This document shows positions 1 to 12,499 of a stretch of 64,000 nucleotides of DNA, one piece after another. The notes beneath the pieces were generated by a model. That model searched no databases, was not told the origin of the DNA, and saw only the letters and a list, made by a program, of their open reading frames with translations. The DNA is from the human T2T-CHM13v2.0 reference genome, Homo sapiens: NCBI RefSeq assembly GCF_009914755.1, contig NC_060930.1; one strand, written 5' to 3'. Each line of letters opens with the position of its first letter. Within the stretch, counting starts at the first letter, position 1. A program made the translations under genes and the position numbers.

Positions 1-639
1 ATATAAAAATAAATTAGGTCGGAACAACGTCTAAAACACTAAGTATTGACTTGCTGTCTAAGAGTAACAGGTGAACAGAGACTGCTGGGCCACTACTGTG
101 CTCTCTAGTAATCTATAATACTTATTTTAAAAGGAGGCATGTCATACACATGACATTGATCTAATTTACCTGCAGAGGTCCTAAAGGATACATATTCATG
201 CAGTAGATGGGGAATGCTGAAGAAATATCAGCTCCACTCTGGAAGAGAAAATTCCTGAGGTTAGACTGAGCAGAATTTTTTTTTTAAATTGAGTTTAATT
301 CCTTTGGAATTTTAACTCAAAAGATCAAAAAATCTGATTTTGTCTTTTAATTTTTTCAACCTCCAGGGCTTGACTTGCAAAGGAATTTAATTGGAGATTT
401 TAATATCTCTCTAGCAATTAGAAAATGGAACGTTGTGTGAAAATGTGAGGCCGCAGTATGCTTTTGACAGTTTATTTTTGATATCTATAATATTTGATTA
501 TTGAAGTATATTTCTGATTATATTTAATTTTATTGTTAATAGCACATGTGATTGGCTATGTTGTGCAATGCAGATAGACATCTTTTAGAGAACAACAAAA
601 ATAGGAAGAGAACTTTTAAATCTGAATTCAATATATTCT

Positions 640-1435
640 TGTAGTAGATATGCCTATTTCATTGTTTGATCTACGAGGACAAAACTTTGTAGGCTCAAAA
701 ACAGTCTTATAAAACAGTCACAAGGGACAGCCTGTAAGTGCAAACACAATGAAGATGGGAGACTGATAGACTGCAATACCCAGAATGATGGTCATATATC
801 TGGCTGAACAGTAATTCAAGGTTTAAACCAATAAGTTGCGAGGTCAAATACCTGAGAATGTCAGAAAACAAAAATCCTTAAGGCAATTCCTTGCAGGGAA
901 TTGTCCTCAAGATATTAGCAGAGCTTGTTAAACCATCCCTGAAAGCATCCTGTCTCTTTGTTTGTTGCTTGACCTTGAAATCCACGGGGTAGGCAGTCAG
1001 AAAGCAAGAAGGGTAAAGTGAGAGTAAACTGAGGTCAGCATGAATGCCACATGCTTGGTCTGGAACCCCACAAAAAAAAGACTGAAACCTGTGTCAGTTT
1101 TTTATGTTGTTGACCCTGGTAACTAGTCTATTCTGCAGTAGCTGTTTAGACACAGAAATAAGCACTCACACCTAGACCAGTACCCAGAGAGGTCTAACAA
1201 GGATCTAGGGGAAGATAAAAGCATGTGGAGGCTCTGCTACTTCTTTCAGACACAGGTAAGTCATCAGGTTAGCAACTGTGTGTATAAATTACAAAATGGC
1301 TGCTGATTCCCCTAGCCCTCCAAATCTCCAAAGAATCTCTCGTGTTTTTCACCCTTATTGAAAACATAATGGAAAGGGAATTCTGGGAAATGTAATTCAG
1401 CCCTCTAGTTACCTTATTAAAAAGTCACCATGCCA
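640..1435. mobile_element. Ancient LTR, LTR78/LTR78B-like (left boundary approximate)
   Basis: 1290-1435 'acaaaatggctgctg...ctccaaatctc..aagaatctctc...ggaaagggaattctgggaaatgtaattcagcc...aagtcacca' matches my recollection of the LTR78B terminal segment; highly diverged. Confidence 0.5.
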
Positions 1436-2151
1436 CTCCTTCCCCATTCAAAGTGGAGGGATTCTCTTTGGATTCTGACAAAATCCTTCTTTTTTTTTTT
1501 TTTTCTGTAGATAGTGTTGGAGCAAGTGACCTAATGATGGTGGTAGCAGGTAGCATTTGTTTATGTTTCTTTATTTAGGGAAATAAATCTCTTTAAATTT
1601 TGAACATGGGAAAAATCTTGACCTATTAAAGGCAGTGACCTAGAAAAGAATATCTGCTTTGTCGAGTCAATCTATCTTTCAGTGGGCTGCCTCAAGTTTT
1701 GCACTGGAGAGTAGATGATCAGCAAGCCCTTTTAGTTTTCACAACCAAGCCAGATTCTCCAATATACTTTACATCAGTAACAATGTTTCCATTTTGTTTT
1801 TGTATTTTTAAGTAAAATATTTTATTTCTTAATTTAGAAACTGATAAAGATCCTATTTATTGAGCCTATGATTTTATAATAAAGTTATAAATAAAATGTT
1901 TTAAAATTATGACATGCACCACGATATAATTTTCTTTACAAATAATATTTTTTAAAGGTGCTATTTATCTTTTTTGACCAATTTTAGTGTGAGAAAATTG
2001 TCTTGAATATATCTGCTCAGCTCAGGTTTCTAACTATAATATCTAAAGTGATTATTTAACTAAAAGTCTCTGCTAAAATGCCAAAAATATATAATATATA
2101 TTGGAAAATGCTAAGCTCCTAACCTGAAATAAGAATTTTGCCAATTGCCTC

Positions 2152-2390
2152 ATAACAGTTATATATACATACATATATATATAACTGTTATATACGTATA
2201 TACCTATATGTATATAGCCTATATACATATATGCCTATATGTATATAGCCTATATACGTATATAGCCTATATGTATATAGGCTATATACATATAACTGTT
2301 ATATACATATATACCTATATATTTATATATGTAAATAATATACATGTACACACATACATATATACATATATTTATAAAATGTGTATATTG
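2152..2390. repeat. AT-rich (TA)n-derived minisatellite with internal palindromes
   Basis: Recurring TATATAGCCTATAT(G/A) and ATAACTGTTATA units in both orientations; ORF 2145-2429 is a Y/I/T low-complexity artefact. Confidence 0.9.
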
Positions 2391-3259
2391 ATGTGTTTTT
2401 TTATTCCTATAATTAATACTGCTCCATGATATTCATTATTTCAGGATGAAGTTGTTGACTTTTATAGTGGTAGAGAATAACATTGTCATATTATTGTAAT
2501 ACATCCTTCAAAAACCAGATCTTGGTACATTGAGTATATGTTTAAAAAAAATCTTATAGAAAATTTTATTCTGCTTCTCATCAAAATTGACCTGGGCCAT
2601 GAAAGCATAAAATCACAGAATACAGAAATGCAGTACTGCTGAGGTAAAGGTATATGCCTTGTTTTTAAAAACTGAACCCCAGAAGTCATAGTGAATTCTC
2701 GGGTATACTGGACTTGAACAAGTGAAGAAGATACCTGTGTTCTCCTTCTTAGCTAGAGTTCTGAAACATAACAAAATAGGACAACACTATTGTGAACTCA
2801 AGAACAAAGAGAGCAGTGTGAGCTAAGTAGCTAAAGAGGTTCAGAATGGCTGTAGAACATCCTCCCGAAATTCTCTTTTCTTTCTTTTTTTTTTTATTAC
2901 ACTTTAAGTTCTGGAGTACATGTGCGGAACGTGCAGTTTTGTTACTTAGGTATATATGTACCATGGTAGTTTGCTGCACCCATCAACCCATCACCTACTT
3001 TAGGTATTCTAATGTTATCATTCCCCTACCCCCGACCCACTGACAGGCCCTGGTGTGTGATGTTCCCCTCCTATGTCCATGTGATCTCATTGTTCAACTC
3101 CCATTTATGAGTGAGAACATGTGGTGTTTGGTTTTCTGTTCTTGTGATAGGGTGCTGAGAATGATGGTTTTCAGCTTCATCCATGCCCCTGCAAAGGACA
3201 TGAACTCATCCTTTTTATGGCTGCATAGTATTCCACAGTGTATATGTGCCACATTTTCT

Positions 3260-3333
3260 TTATGCAGTCTATCACTGATGGACATTTGGGTTGGTTTTAT
3301 ACAGTCTATCATTGATGGACATTTGGGTTGGTT
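3260..3333. repeat. 37-bp tandem duplication inside L1 ORF2 3' end
   Basis: TTAT(G/A)CAGTCTATCA(C/T)TGATGGACATTTGGGTTGGTT at 3260-3296 and 3297-3333. Confidence 0.95.
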
Positions 3334-3742
3334 CCAAGTCTTTGCTATTGTGAGTAGTGCCACAGTAAACATAGGTGTGCATGTGTCTTCATAGTAGAAT
3401 GATTTATAATCCTTTGGGTATATCTCCAATAATGGAATAGCTGGGTCAAATGGTATTTCTAGTTCTAGATCCTTGAGGAATCGCCACACTGTCTTCCATA
3501 AAGATTGGACTAATTTACACTTCAACCAACAGTGTAAAAGCATTCCTATTTCTTCACATCCTCTCCAGCATCTGTTGTTTCCTGACTTTTTAATGATCAC
3601 CATTCTGACTGGTGTGAGATTGTATCTCATCGTGGTTTTAATTTGCATTTCTCTAATGACCAGTGATAATGAGCATTTTTTCATGTCTGTTGGCTGCATA
3701 AATGTCTTCTTTTGAGAAGTGTCTGTTCATATCCTTTGCCCA

Positions 3743-3814
3743 TTTTTTTTTTTTTTTTTTTTTTTTCTGAGACAGAGTCTCGCTCTGTCACCCAGGCTGG
3801 AGTGCAGTCGTGTG
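3743..3814 (-). mobile_element. Extremely 5'-truncated Alu (~48 nt plus poly(A)) inside L1 ORF2
   Basis: T24, then TGAGACAGAGTCTCGCTCTGTCACCCAGGCTGGAGTGCAGT; TSD CTTTGCCCA at 3734-3742 and 3815-3823. Confidence 0.92.
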
Positions 3815-6800
3815 CTTTGCCCACTTTTTGATGGAGCTGTTTTTCTCTTGTAAATTTGTTTAACTTCTTTGTAGATTCTGGATACTAGCCCTTAGTCAAA
3901 TGGATAGATTGCAAAATTTTTCTCCCATTCTGTAGGTTGCCTGTTCAGTCTGATGATAGTTTCTTTTGCTATGCAGAAGCTCTTTAGTTTAATTAGATCT
4001 CATTTGTCAATTTTGGCTTTTGTTGCCATTGCTTTTGCTGTTTTAGACATGAAATCTTTGCCCATGCCTATGTCCTGAATGGTATTGCCCAGATTTTCTT
4101 CTAAGATTATTATGGTCCTAGGTCTTACATTTAAGTAATTGATCCATCTTGAGTTGATTTTTGTATAAGGTGTAAGAAAGGGGTCCAGTTTCAGTTTTCT
4201 GCATATGGCTAGCCAGTTTTCCCAGCACCATTTATTAAATAGGGAATTTTTCCCCATTGCTTGTTGTGTAAAGGTTGTCAAAGAACAGATTGTTGTTGAT
4301 ATGTGGTGCTATTTCTGAGGGCTCTGTTCTGTTCCATTGGTCTATATCTCTGTTTTGGTACCAGTACCATGCTGTTTTGGTTACTACCACCTTGTAGTAT
4401 AGTTTGAAGTCAGATAGCATGATGCCTCCAGCTTTGTTCTGCTTGCCCAGGATTGTCTTGGCTATGCAGGTTCTTTTTTTGGTTCCATATGAAATTTAAA
4501 GTAGTTTTCTCCAATTCTTTGAAGACAGTCATTAGTAGCTTGATGGGGATAGCATTTAATCTATAAATTACTGTGGGCAGCATGGCCATTTTCATGATAT
4601 TGATTCTTCCTATCCATGAGCATGGAATGTTTTTCCATTTGTTTGTGTCCTCTCTTATTTCCTTGAGCAGTGGTTTGTAGTTCTCCTGGAAGAGGTCCTT
4701 CACATCCCTTGTAAGTTGTATTCCTAGGTATTTAATTCTCTTTGTAGCAATTGTGAATGGGAGTTCACTCATGATTTGGCTCTCTGTTTTTCTGTTATTG
4801 GTGTATAGGAATATTGTAATTTTTGCATATTGATTTTGTATCCTGAGACTTTGCTGAAGTTGCTTATCAGCTTAAGGAGATTTTGGGCTGAGATGATGGG
4901 GTTTTCTAAATATACAATCATGTCGTCTGCAAACAGAGACAATTTGACTTCCTCTCTTCCTATCTGAATACCATTTATTCCTTTTTCTTGCCTGATTGCC
5001 TGGGCCAGAACTTCCAAAACTATGTTGAATAGGAGTGATGAGAGAGAGAATCCTTGTCTTGTGCCAGTTTTCCAAGGGAATGCTTTCCGTTTTTGCCCAT
5101 TTAGTATGATATTGGCTGTGGGTTTGTCATAAATAGCTGTTATTATTTTGAGATACATTCCATCAATACCTAGTTTATTGAGAGATTTTAGCATGAAGGC
5201 TGTTGAATTTTGTCAAAGACCTTTTCTGCATCTATTGAGATAATCATGTGGTTTTGGTCGTTGGTTCTATTTATGTGATGGATTACGTTTATTGGTTTGC
5301 ATATCTTGAACCAGCCTAGCATTCCAGGTATGAAGCTGACTTGATCCTGGTGGATAAGCTTTTTGCTGTGCTGCTGTATTCGGTTTGCAAATATTTTGTT
5401 GAGTATTTTCACGTCAATGTTCATCAGGGATATTGGCCTGAAATTTTTTTGTTGTTCATGTGTATCTGTCAGGTTTTGGAATCAAGATGATGCTGGCCTC
5501 ATACAATTACTTAGGGAGGATTCCCTCTTTTTCTATTGTTTGGAATATTTTCAGAAGGAATGGTAGCAACTCCTCTTTGTACCTCTGGTAGAATTTGGCT
5601 GTGTATCCATCTGGTTCTGGACTTTTTTTGGTTGGTAGGCTTTTAATTACTGCCTAAATTCCAGAACTTGTTATTGGTTTATTCAGATATTCAACTTCTT
5701 CCTGGTTTAGACTTCAGAGGGTGTATGTGTCCAGGAATTTATCTATTTCTTCTAGATTTTCTAGTTTATTTGCATAGACGTGTTTATAGTATTCTCTGAT
5801 GATAGTTTGTATTTCTGTGGTATCAATGGTGATATCCCCTATATCATTTTTTATTGTGTCTATTTGATTCTTCTCTCTTTTCTTCTTTATTAGTCTTGTT
5901 AGTGGACTATCTTTTTTGTTGATCTTTTCAAAAAACCAGCTCCTGGATTTATTGATTTTTTGAAGGGGTTTTTGTGTCTCTATCTCCTTCAGTTCTGCTC
6001 TCATCTTAGTTATTTCTTGCCCTCTTCTAGCTTTTTAATTTGTTTGTTGTTGCTTCTCTAGTTCTTTTAATTTTGATGTTAGGGTATCAATTTTAGATCT
6101 TTCTTGCTTTCTCTTGTGGTCATTTAGTGCTATAAATTTCCCTCTACACACTGCTTTAAATGTGCGCCAGAGATTCTGGTATGTTGTGTCTTCATTCTCC
6201 TTGGTTTCAAAGAATATATTTATTTCTGCCTTCATTTCATTATTTACACAATAGTCATTCAGGATCAGGTTGTTCAGTTTCCATGTAGATTTGCGGTTTT
6301 GAGTGAGTTCTTAATCTTGAGTTCTAATTTAATTGCAATGTGGTCTGAGAGACTGTGTGTTATGAATTCCATTCTTTTGCATTTGCTGAGGAGTGTTTTA
6401 CTTCCAAATATGTGGTCAATTTTAGAATATGTGTGATGATGTGTTGAGAAGAATGTATATTCTGTTGATTTGGAGTGGAGAGTTCTGTAGATGTCTATTA
6501 GGTCTGCTTGGTCCAGAGTTGAGTTAAAGTCCTGAATATCCTTGTTAATATCCTGTCTCATTGATCTGTCCAATATTGACAGTAGGGTGTTAAAGTCTCC
6601 CACTATTACTGTGTGGGAGCCTAAATCTTTTTGTAGGTCTCTAAGAACTTGCTTTATGAATCTGGGTGCTCCTGTATCAGGTGCATATGTATTTAGGATA
6701 GTTAGCTCTTCTTGTTGCATTGATCCCTTTACCATTATGTAATGCCCTTCTTTGTATCTTTTAACATTTTTGGTTTAAAGTCTGTTTATCAGAGATTAGT

Positions 6801-7082
6801 TTTGCAACTTCCACATTTTTTTTCTTTCCATTTGCTTGGTGAATATTCCTCCATCCCTTTATTTTGAGTCTATGTGTGTCTTTGCACATGAGATAGGTCT
6901 CCTGAACACAGAACACTGATGGGTCTTGACTCTTTATCCAATTTGCCAGTCTGTTCTTTTAATTGGAGCATTTAGCCCATTTATATTTAAAGTTAATACT
7001 GTTATGTGTGAATCTGATTCTGCCATTATGATGCTCGCTTTGCCCATTAGTTGATGCAGTTTCTTCATAATGTCCATGTTCT

Positions 7083-8108
7083 TTACAATTTGGTATGTTA
7101 TTGCAGTGGCTGGTACTGGTTGTGCCTTTCCACGTTTAGTGCTTCCTTCAGGAGCTCTTGTAAGGCAAGACTGGTGGTGACAAAGTCTCTCAGCATTTGC
7201 TTGTCTGCAAAGGGTTTTATTTCTCCTTTGCTTAATGAAGCTTAGTTTGGCTGGATATGAAATTCTAGGTTGAAAATTCTTCACTTTAAGAAGGTTGAAT
7301 ATGGACCCCCACTCTCTTCTGGCTTGTAGGGTTTCTGCAGAGATATCTGCTGTTAGTCTGATGGGCTTCCCTTTGTGGGTAACCCGACCTTTCTCTTGGG
7401 CTGTCCTTAACTTTTTTTCCTTCATTTCAACCTTAGTGAATCTGACAATTATGTGTCATGGGGTTGCTCTTCTTGAGGAGTATCTTTGTGCTGTTCTCTG
7501 TATTTCCTGAATTTGAACGTTGGCCTGTCTTGCTAGGTTGGGGAAGTTCTCCTGGGTAATATCCTGAAGAGTACTTCAGAACTTGGTTCCATTCTCCTCA
7601 TCAATTTCAGGTACACCAATCAAATGTAGATTTGGTCTTTTCACATCGTCCCATATTTCTTGGAGAGTTTGTTCATTCCTTTTTATTCTTTTTTTTTAAT
7701 AATCTTGTCTTCTCTCTTTATTTCATTTAGTTGTTCTAAGGTCACTGATATCCTTTCTTCCACTTGATTGATTTGGCTATTGAAACTTGTGTATGCTTCA
7801 TGAAGTTCTCGTGCTGTATTTTTCAGCTCCATCAGGTCATTTATCTTCTCTATATTGGTTATTCTAGTTAGAAATTTGTCTAACCTTTTTTCAAGGTTCT
7901 TAACTTTCTTGCGTTGGATTAGAACATGCTCGTTTAGCTCAGAGGAGTTTGTTATTACCCACCTTCTGAGGACTACTTCTGTTAATTCATCAAACTCATT
8001 CTTTGTCCAGTTTTATCCCCTTGCTGGTGGGGAGTTGTGATTCTTTGGAGTAGAAGAGAAATTCTGGTTTTTGGAATTTTCAGTCTTTTTGAGCTGGTTC
8101 CTCCCCAT
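7083..8108 (-). pseudogene. L1 ORF1 (RNA-binding protein), disrupted
   Basis: ATG GGG AGG AAC CAG at 8108; KGKPIRLTADISAETLQARREWG and NFQPRISYPAKLSF motifs; stop at ~7083; internal frameshifts. Confidence 0.9.
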
Positions 8109-9418
8109 CATTGTGGGTTTATCTACCTTTGGTCTTTGATGTTGGTAACCTTTGGATGGGGTCTTTGAGAGGACATGCTATTCTTTTCTGTTTATTAGTT
8201 TTCCTTCTGACAGTCAGGCCCATCTGCTGCAGGTCTGCTAGAGTTGGTGGAGGTCCACTCCTGACCCTGTTTGCCTGGATATCACCAGCAGAGGCTGCAG
8301 AACAGCAAAGATCTTTCCTCTGGAAGCTTCATCCCAGAGGGGCACCTGGCAGATGCCAGCCAGATCTCTCCTGTATAAGGTGTCTGTCAGTCACTACTGA
8401 GAGGCATCGCCCACTCAGGATACACAGGGGTCAGGGATCCACTTGAGGAGGCAGTCTGACCCTTAGCAGACCTTGAATGCTGTGCTGGGAGGTCTGCTCC
8501 TCTCTTCAGAGCCATCAGGCAGGGACATTTAAGTCTGCAGAAGCTGTGCCCACAGCTGCCCCTTCCCCCAGGTGCTCTGTCCCAGGGAGATGGGGGTTTT
8601 ATTTATCAGACCCTGAATGGGGCTGCTAACTTTTTATCAGAGATGCCCTACCCAGAGAAGAGAAATCTGGCAATCTGGCCACAGCAACCTTGCTGAGCCA
8701 CAGTGGACTCCACCCAGTTGGAACTTCCCAGTGGCTGTTTACACCGTGAGCATAAAACCGCCTACTCAAGCCTCAGTGATGGTGGACGCCCCTCCCCCCA
8801 CCAAGCGGGGGGCATCTCAGGTTGATCTCAGACTGCTGCTGTGCTGGCAGTGAGAATTTCAAGCCAGTGGATCTTAGTTTGCTGGGCTCCATTGTGGGTG
8901 GGACCTACCGAGCCAGACCACTTGGCTCCCTGGTTTCAGCACCCCTTTCCAGGGGAGTGAATGGTTCTGTCTTGCTGGCAGCGTTCCAGGCACCACTGGG
9001 GTATGGAAAAAAATAACTCCTGCAGCTAGTTCGGTGTCTGCCCAAATGGCAGCCCAGTTTTGTGCTTAAAACCGGGGCCCTGTTGGGGTAGGCACCACAG
9101 GGAATCTACTGGTTTGTGAGTTGTGAAGACCATGGGACAAGCGTAGTATCTGTGCGGGAGTTCCTTAGGCTCAGACTGTCATGGCTTCCCTTGGGTAGCG
9201 AAGAAAACTCCCCAACCCCTTGTGCTTCCTGGCTAAGGCGACGCCCCACCCTGCTTTGGCTTGCCCTCTGTCTGCTGCACCTACTGTACAACCAGTCCCA
9301 ATGAGATGAACCAGGTACCTCAGTTGGAAATGCAGAAATCACCCAATTCTGCGTAGATCTCGCTGGGAGCTGCAGACCTGAGCTGTTTCTATTCGGCCAT
9401 CTTGCCATCAACCCCCAC
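8109..9418 (-). promoter_or_regulatory. L1 5'UTR internal promoter with YY1 site
   Basis: GC-richer than flanks; YY1 core CAAGATGGCC on minus strand (GGCCATCTTG, 9395-9404) near the element's 5' end. Confidence 0.7.
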
Positions 9419-10899
9419 TCTCTTTTCTTTAATTGAAACAGCTAAATTGGCTAATAAGATGATATTATTAAATTTAGTGAAAATTTTTTTTTACTTTTAT
9501 GTAGTAATAAAGTAAGAAGTTTTACTATATTTAAAGCACACTTAGATAAGAGAAAATACATATTGAAACTTGTGACATGAGAGGGAGTAAGAGCTCTCCA
9601 AGGTTTGTAGATTTATTTGTAACAATGTAACCTAAGTTTTACAAGCTCATAAAGCTTGTAACGAGATTTTAAGAGAATTAAACGTAGGTTAAATTGTTAA
9701 AAATGATGAATGTAGTTTCATTATATGTACAAGAGAAACTTAAAAACCTGAGCCTGTTTGCAAAAACATACCAGAAACTTGGCTCCCAGAGGAGCTCCAT
9801 TGCCCTGAGAAGTCTACTGGGGTATGTGGAGAGTAGAACAGCTTATGTCTGGAAAAATGGGCTGAGATTGACCATTCGGCTGACATAGGGCATGTGGCAG
9901 ATCCAGACATTTCTACATGCCTGTTTTTGAAACACAGAAATACTGAGAAGGCAAATACTCCAGAATGTACCTGGACTTGTCTGTAATGTGTAGCTGACCA
10001 AATATAGCCATTCTTTTTTTTCAAATGATCTTACATAATTATGTATTGATACATGACTATAAGTAGTGAGAAATGATATAGGTATCTCGGTGGAAGTTAG
10101 TGAAAATCCAATATCAACAAGTGGTCTACATTAAATCTAAGAAATTATTTTCTGACTATGGAATTCTAGAAGTCACTCTATGTCTGCTTTTGCCTAATAT
10201 AATTATGTTCAGGCTTTCCTTCAGTTTTATAACTTTCCTTGTAAACTTTTATTTATTTTTAAAATCATTATTATTTTGTTATTCACAATATGTTTCTATG
10301 GATTGCTAACAAAACAAAAATACCAATTAAGAAATTGATCATGGTCATGAGGCAACAGAAAATAGAAAAATGTACAACAGTTGGAATTGTTTACTGCATT
10401 AAGATCTAATAAAAAAATGCAAATACCCATCTGTAGTCCAGAATAAGAAAATTTGAAGCACATGGATTTTAGGGAAAGATGAATAAAACTAATCCAGAGC
10501 CTATAATCACCTGAGGCCTTGTACTTACTAAGATTAATACTCTGATATCAACATATCTGCTACCATGGGCCAATTAATAAAGGATTTGGTGTTTTAGCTT
10601 TAAACAACTGGAATTTTGAATTAGATCTGTCATAAGCAATATTCTCCCAAGATTCAAAAAACATCCCTTTCTTCACATCACAAAGAATAAACTGGTAAAT
10701 ATATATGCCAAAATTCTTAAATAAATAAAATTACTTTTGCAGTTTTTTAAAATTATTATTAAAGTTGTGTATGTAAGAGATAAATGTTTAAACAAACAGT
10801 CTCATAACAGAAACAGAGAGAGACTGAGACACTGGAGTCCACATGCTTTGTGTAACTAATAATAAACATATGTATAAGGTTATCATAAGAAGTTGTAGG

Positions 10900-11400
10900 G
10901 TAAGCATGCTAATCTTAATTCAGCAAGTGGTACATATGCTATACACTTTGGATATAGTTACTTAATCATGGAACTCTTAGGAAAGAAATGAAGAGTCCAT
11001 ATACTCACAAAGGTATAACTAAACTTGTTTAAACTAAGGAAAGTACCACCTATTCATGCGTTTGGAAGAGAAATGGAACTTAACTACCACTGTAGATAGT
11101 TACTGTCTCTCACCCAGGTCTGGGTCAAAGACCTTTGAGTTAAGTAAAGTAGAAGTACCCTTGAGGAAAGCCTGCTTTAATAGTACACATAATTATTGTT
11201 GAAATTTCTTTATAGACTTTATAATTTGCCACCTAGCTCTGAAGTATATGTAAACCAGAAAAAGTGAAATATTCAAATATATCTGTGATTATTAAATTCT
11301 ACAGCTAACCATAATATCAGGGAACATAAAACATCTGGCCAGATATTTGCATTGAGTTGGGGTCAGCAGTGTCATCTGAATAATGAAGTTATGACCAATT
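10900..11400 (+). mobile_element. Possible very old ERVL-type internal fragment
   Basis: 'gtacccttgaggaaagcctgct...ttattgttgaaatttc' resembles the ERVL gag/pro junction; weak similarity only. Confidence 0.3.
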
Positions 11401-11429
11401 TTCATATGATGATAGGTGAGTAAACTGCA

Positions 11430-12185
11430 AACATACCCTTTAATTTCTATTTGGAGAATGTGTATAATTGCTATTATTTTTTTCTTACATTTCTGACAGA
11501 ATTTGCCAATGAAACCATTAAGCCCTGGAGACTTTTTTTTTTTTTTTGGAAGATTTTGCATAGCAATTCAAGTCCTTTAAGAGACTATATTATGTATTTA
11601 TTCTTGAGTGATTTATGGTAGTTTTGCCTTTAGGGAATTGATAAGTTTCATTTAAGTTGTCTATTTTGTTTGGCTTGAGTCTTTAGTCAATAATACTTTT
11701 AATGCCTTCTTTCATTCCTGATAAGAGTAAATGTGTCTTTACTTTTTTCTTGGTTAGTCTGGTAGACTTTTGTCAATTGTTTCTGATTTTAGGAAGGAAG
11801 CATTCAGTCTTTTATTATTTTTAGTATTAGCTATGGGTTTTATGTAGATCTTAACCAATTTAAATAATTTATTTTATATTCCTTTTTGTTGAGTGTTTTT
11901 ATCATGAATGGGTGCTAGGTTTTGCCAAATAGTTTCCATGTGTCTATTGAGGTAATGATACATTTTTTTTTCCTGTGTGTATGCTTTTTCTATCAACAGA
12001 CTTACTATTTTAATTGATTTGCAAATGTTTACCCGATTTTGCATTTGTGGGATAAATGCCACTGGGTAATTTTTTGGAAGAACATTAAAAAATGTGTGTG
12101 ATTTAATGTTTGATAGAAGTCACCTGCTAACATATCTGGGTCTGGGCTTTCGCTTTTGTTTGTTGGAATATTTTAAAATTATCTT
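11430..12185 (-). mobile_element. Old L1M ORF2 fragments
   Basis: Translations KSPGLNGFIGKFCQ and FIPQMQNRVNICKS resemble L1 ORF2 KSPGPDGFTAEFYQ and GFIPGMQGWFNIRKS. Confidence 0.75.
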
Positions 12186-12499
12186 CTCACATTTTCTCAC
12201 ACCATTCATGCTTCTACCTCTTGTTCTTGCTATCTCTATCAAAGACAATTGAATTACATTTTCATGTAGATCATACTTTAAGAATAAAATGTCTTCTTAG
12301 GATTTTGAGAAACTTATATGAGGTTAGAACAACACTTTCCTCATTTAAGTCCATTTATGTCCATAATTTCTGGGTAATTTTAGGGCTTTTGGTTTTAGTT
12401 TGTAGCTATTTCATTGTTAAAGTTTCTAATTGTGTTTCCATGTTTTTTATTGGTTTTGTTTATTTTGTCATCATCCATATTCAGAATTATTTAAGAATC

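Larger units (their letters stand above)
3094..7026 (-). pseudogene. L1 ORF2 (endonuclease/reverse transcriptase), frameshifted
   Basis: Start MAESDSHITVLTLNINGLNAPIKR at 7026; fragments with SLSDH (endonuclease), [13 protein letters not shown] (RT), [12 protein letters not shown] (Cys domain) and HMFSLINGS* end at 3094; split over many frames. Confidence 0.95.
2884..9418 (-). mobile_element. Full-length LINE-1, L1PA7/L1PA8-type, inactive
   Basis: Poly(A) tail (T-run from ~2885), L1PA 3'UTR, ORF2 and ORF1 remnants, ~1.3-kb 5'UTR beginning GGGGGTTGATGGCAAGATGGCCGAATAG. 12-bp TSD TCTCTTTTCTTT at 2872-2883 and 9419-9430; minus-strand TT/AAAG endonuclease-type site. Confidence 0.95.

Noticed and set aside
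2145-2429. 94-aa ORF
   Set aside because: Translation of a (TA)-rich repeat; non-ATG start.
3094-8108. Active L1
   Set aside because: Both ORFs have many stops and frameshifts, plus an Alu insertion and a duplication.
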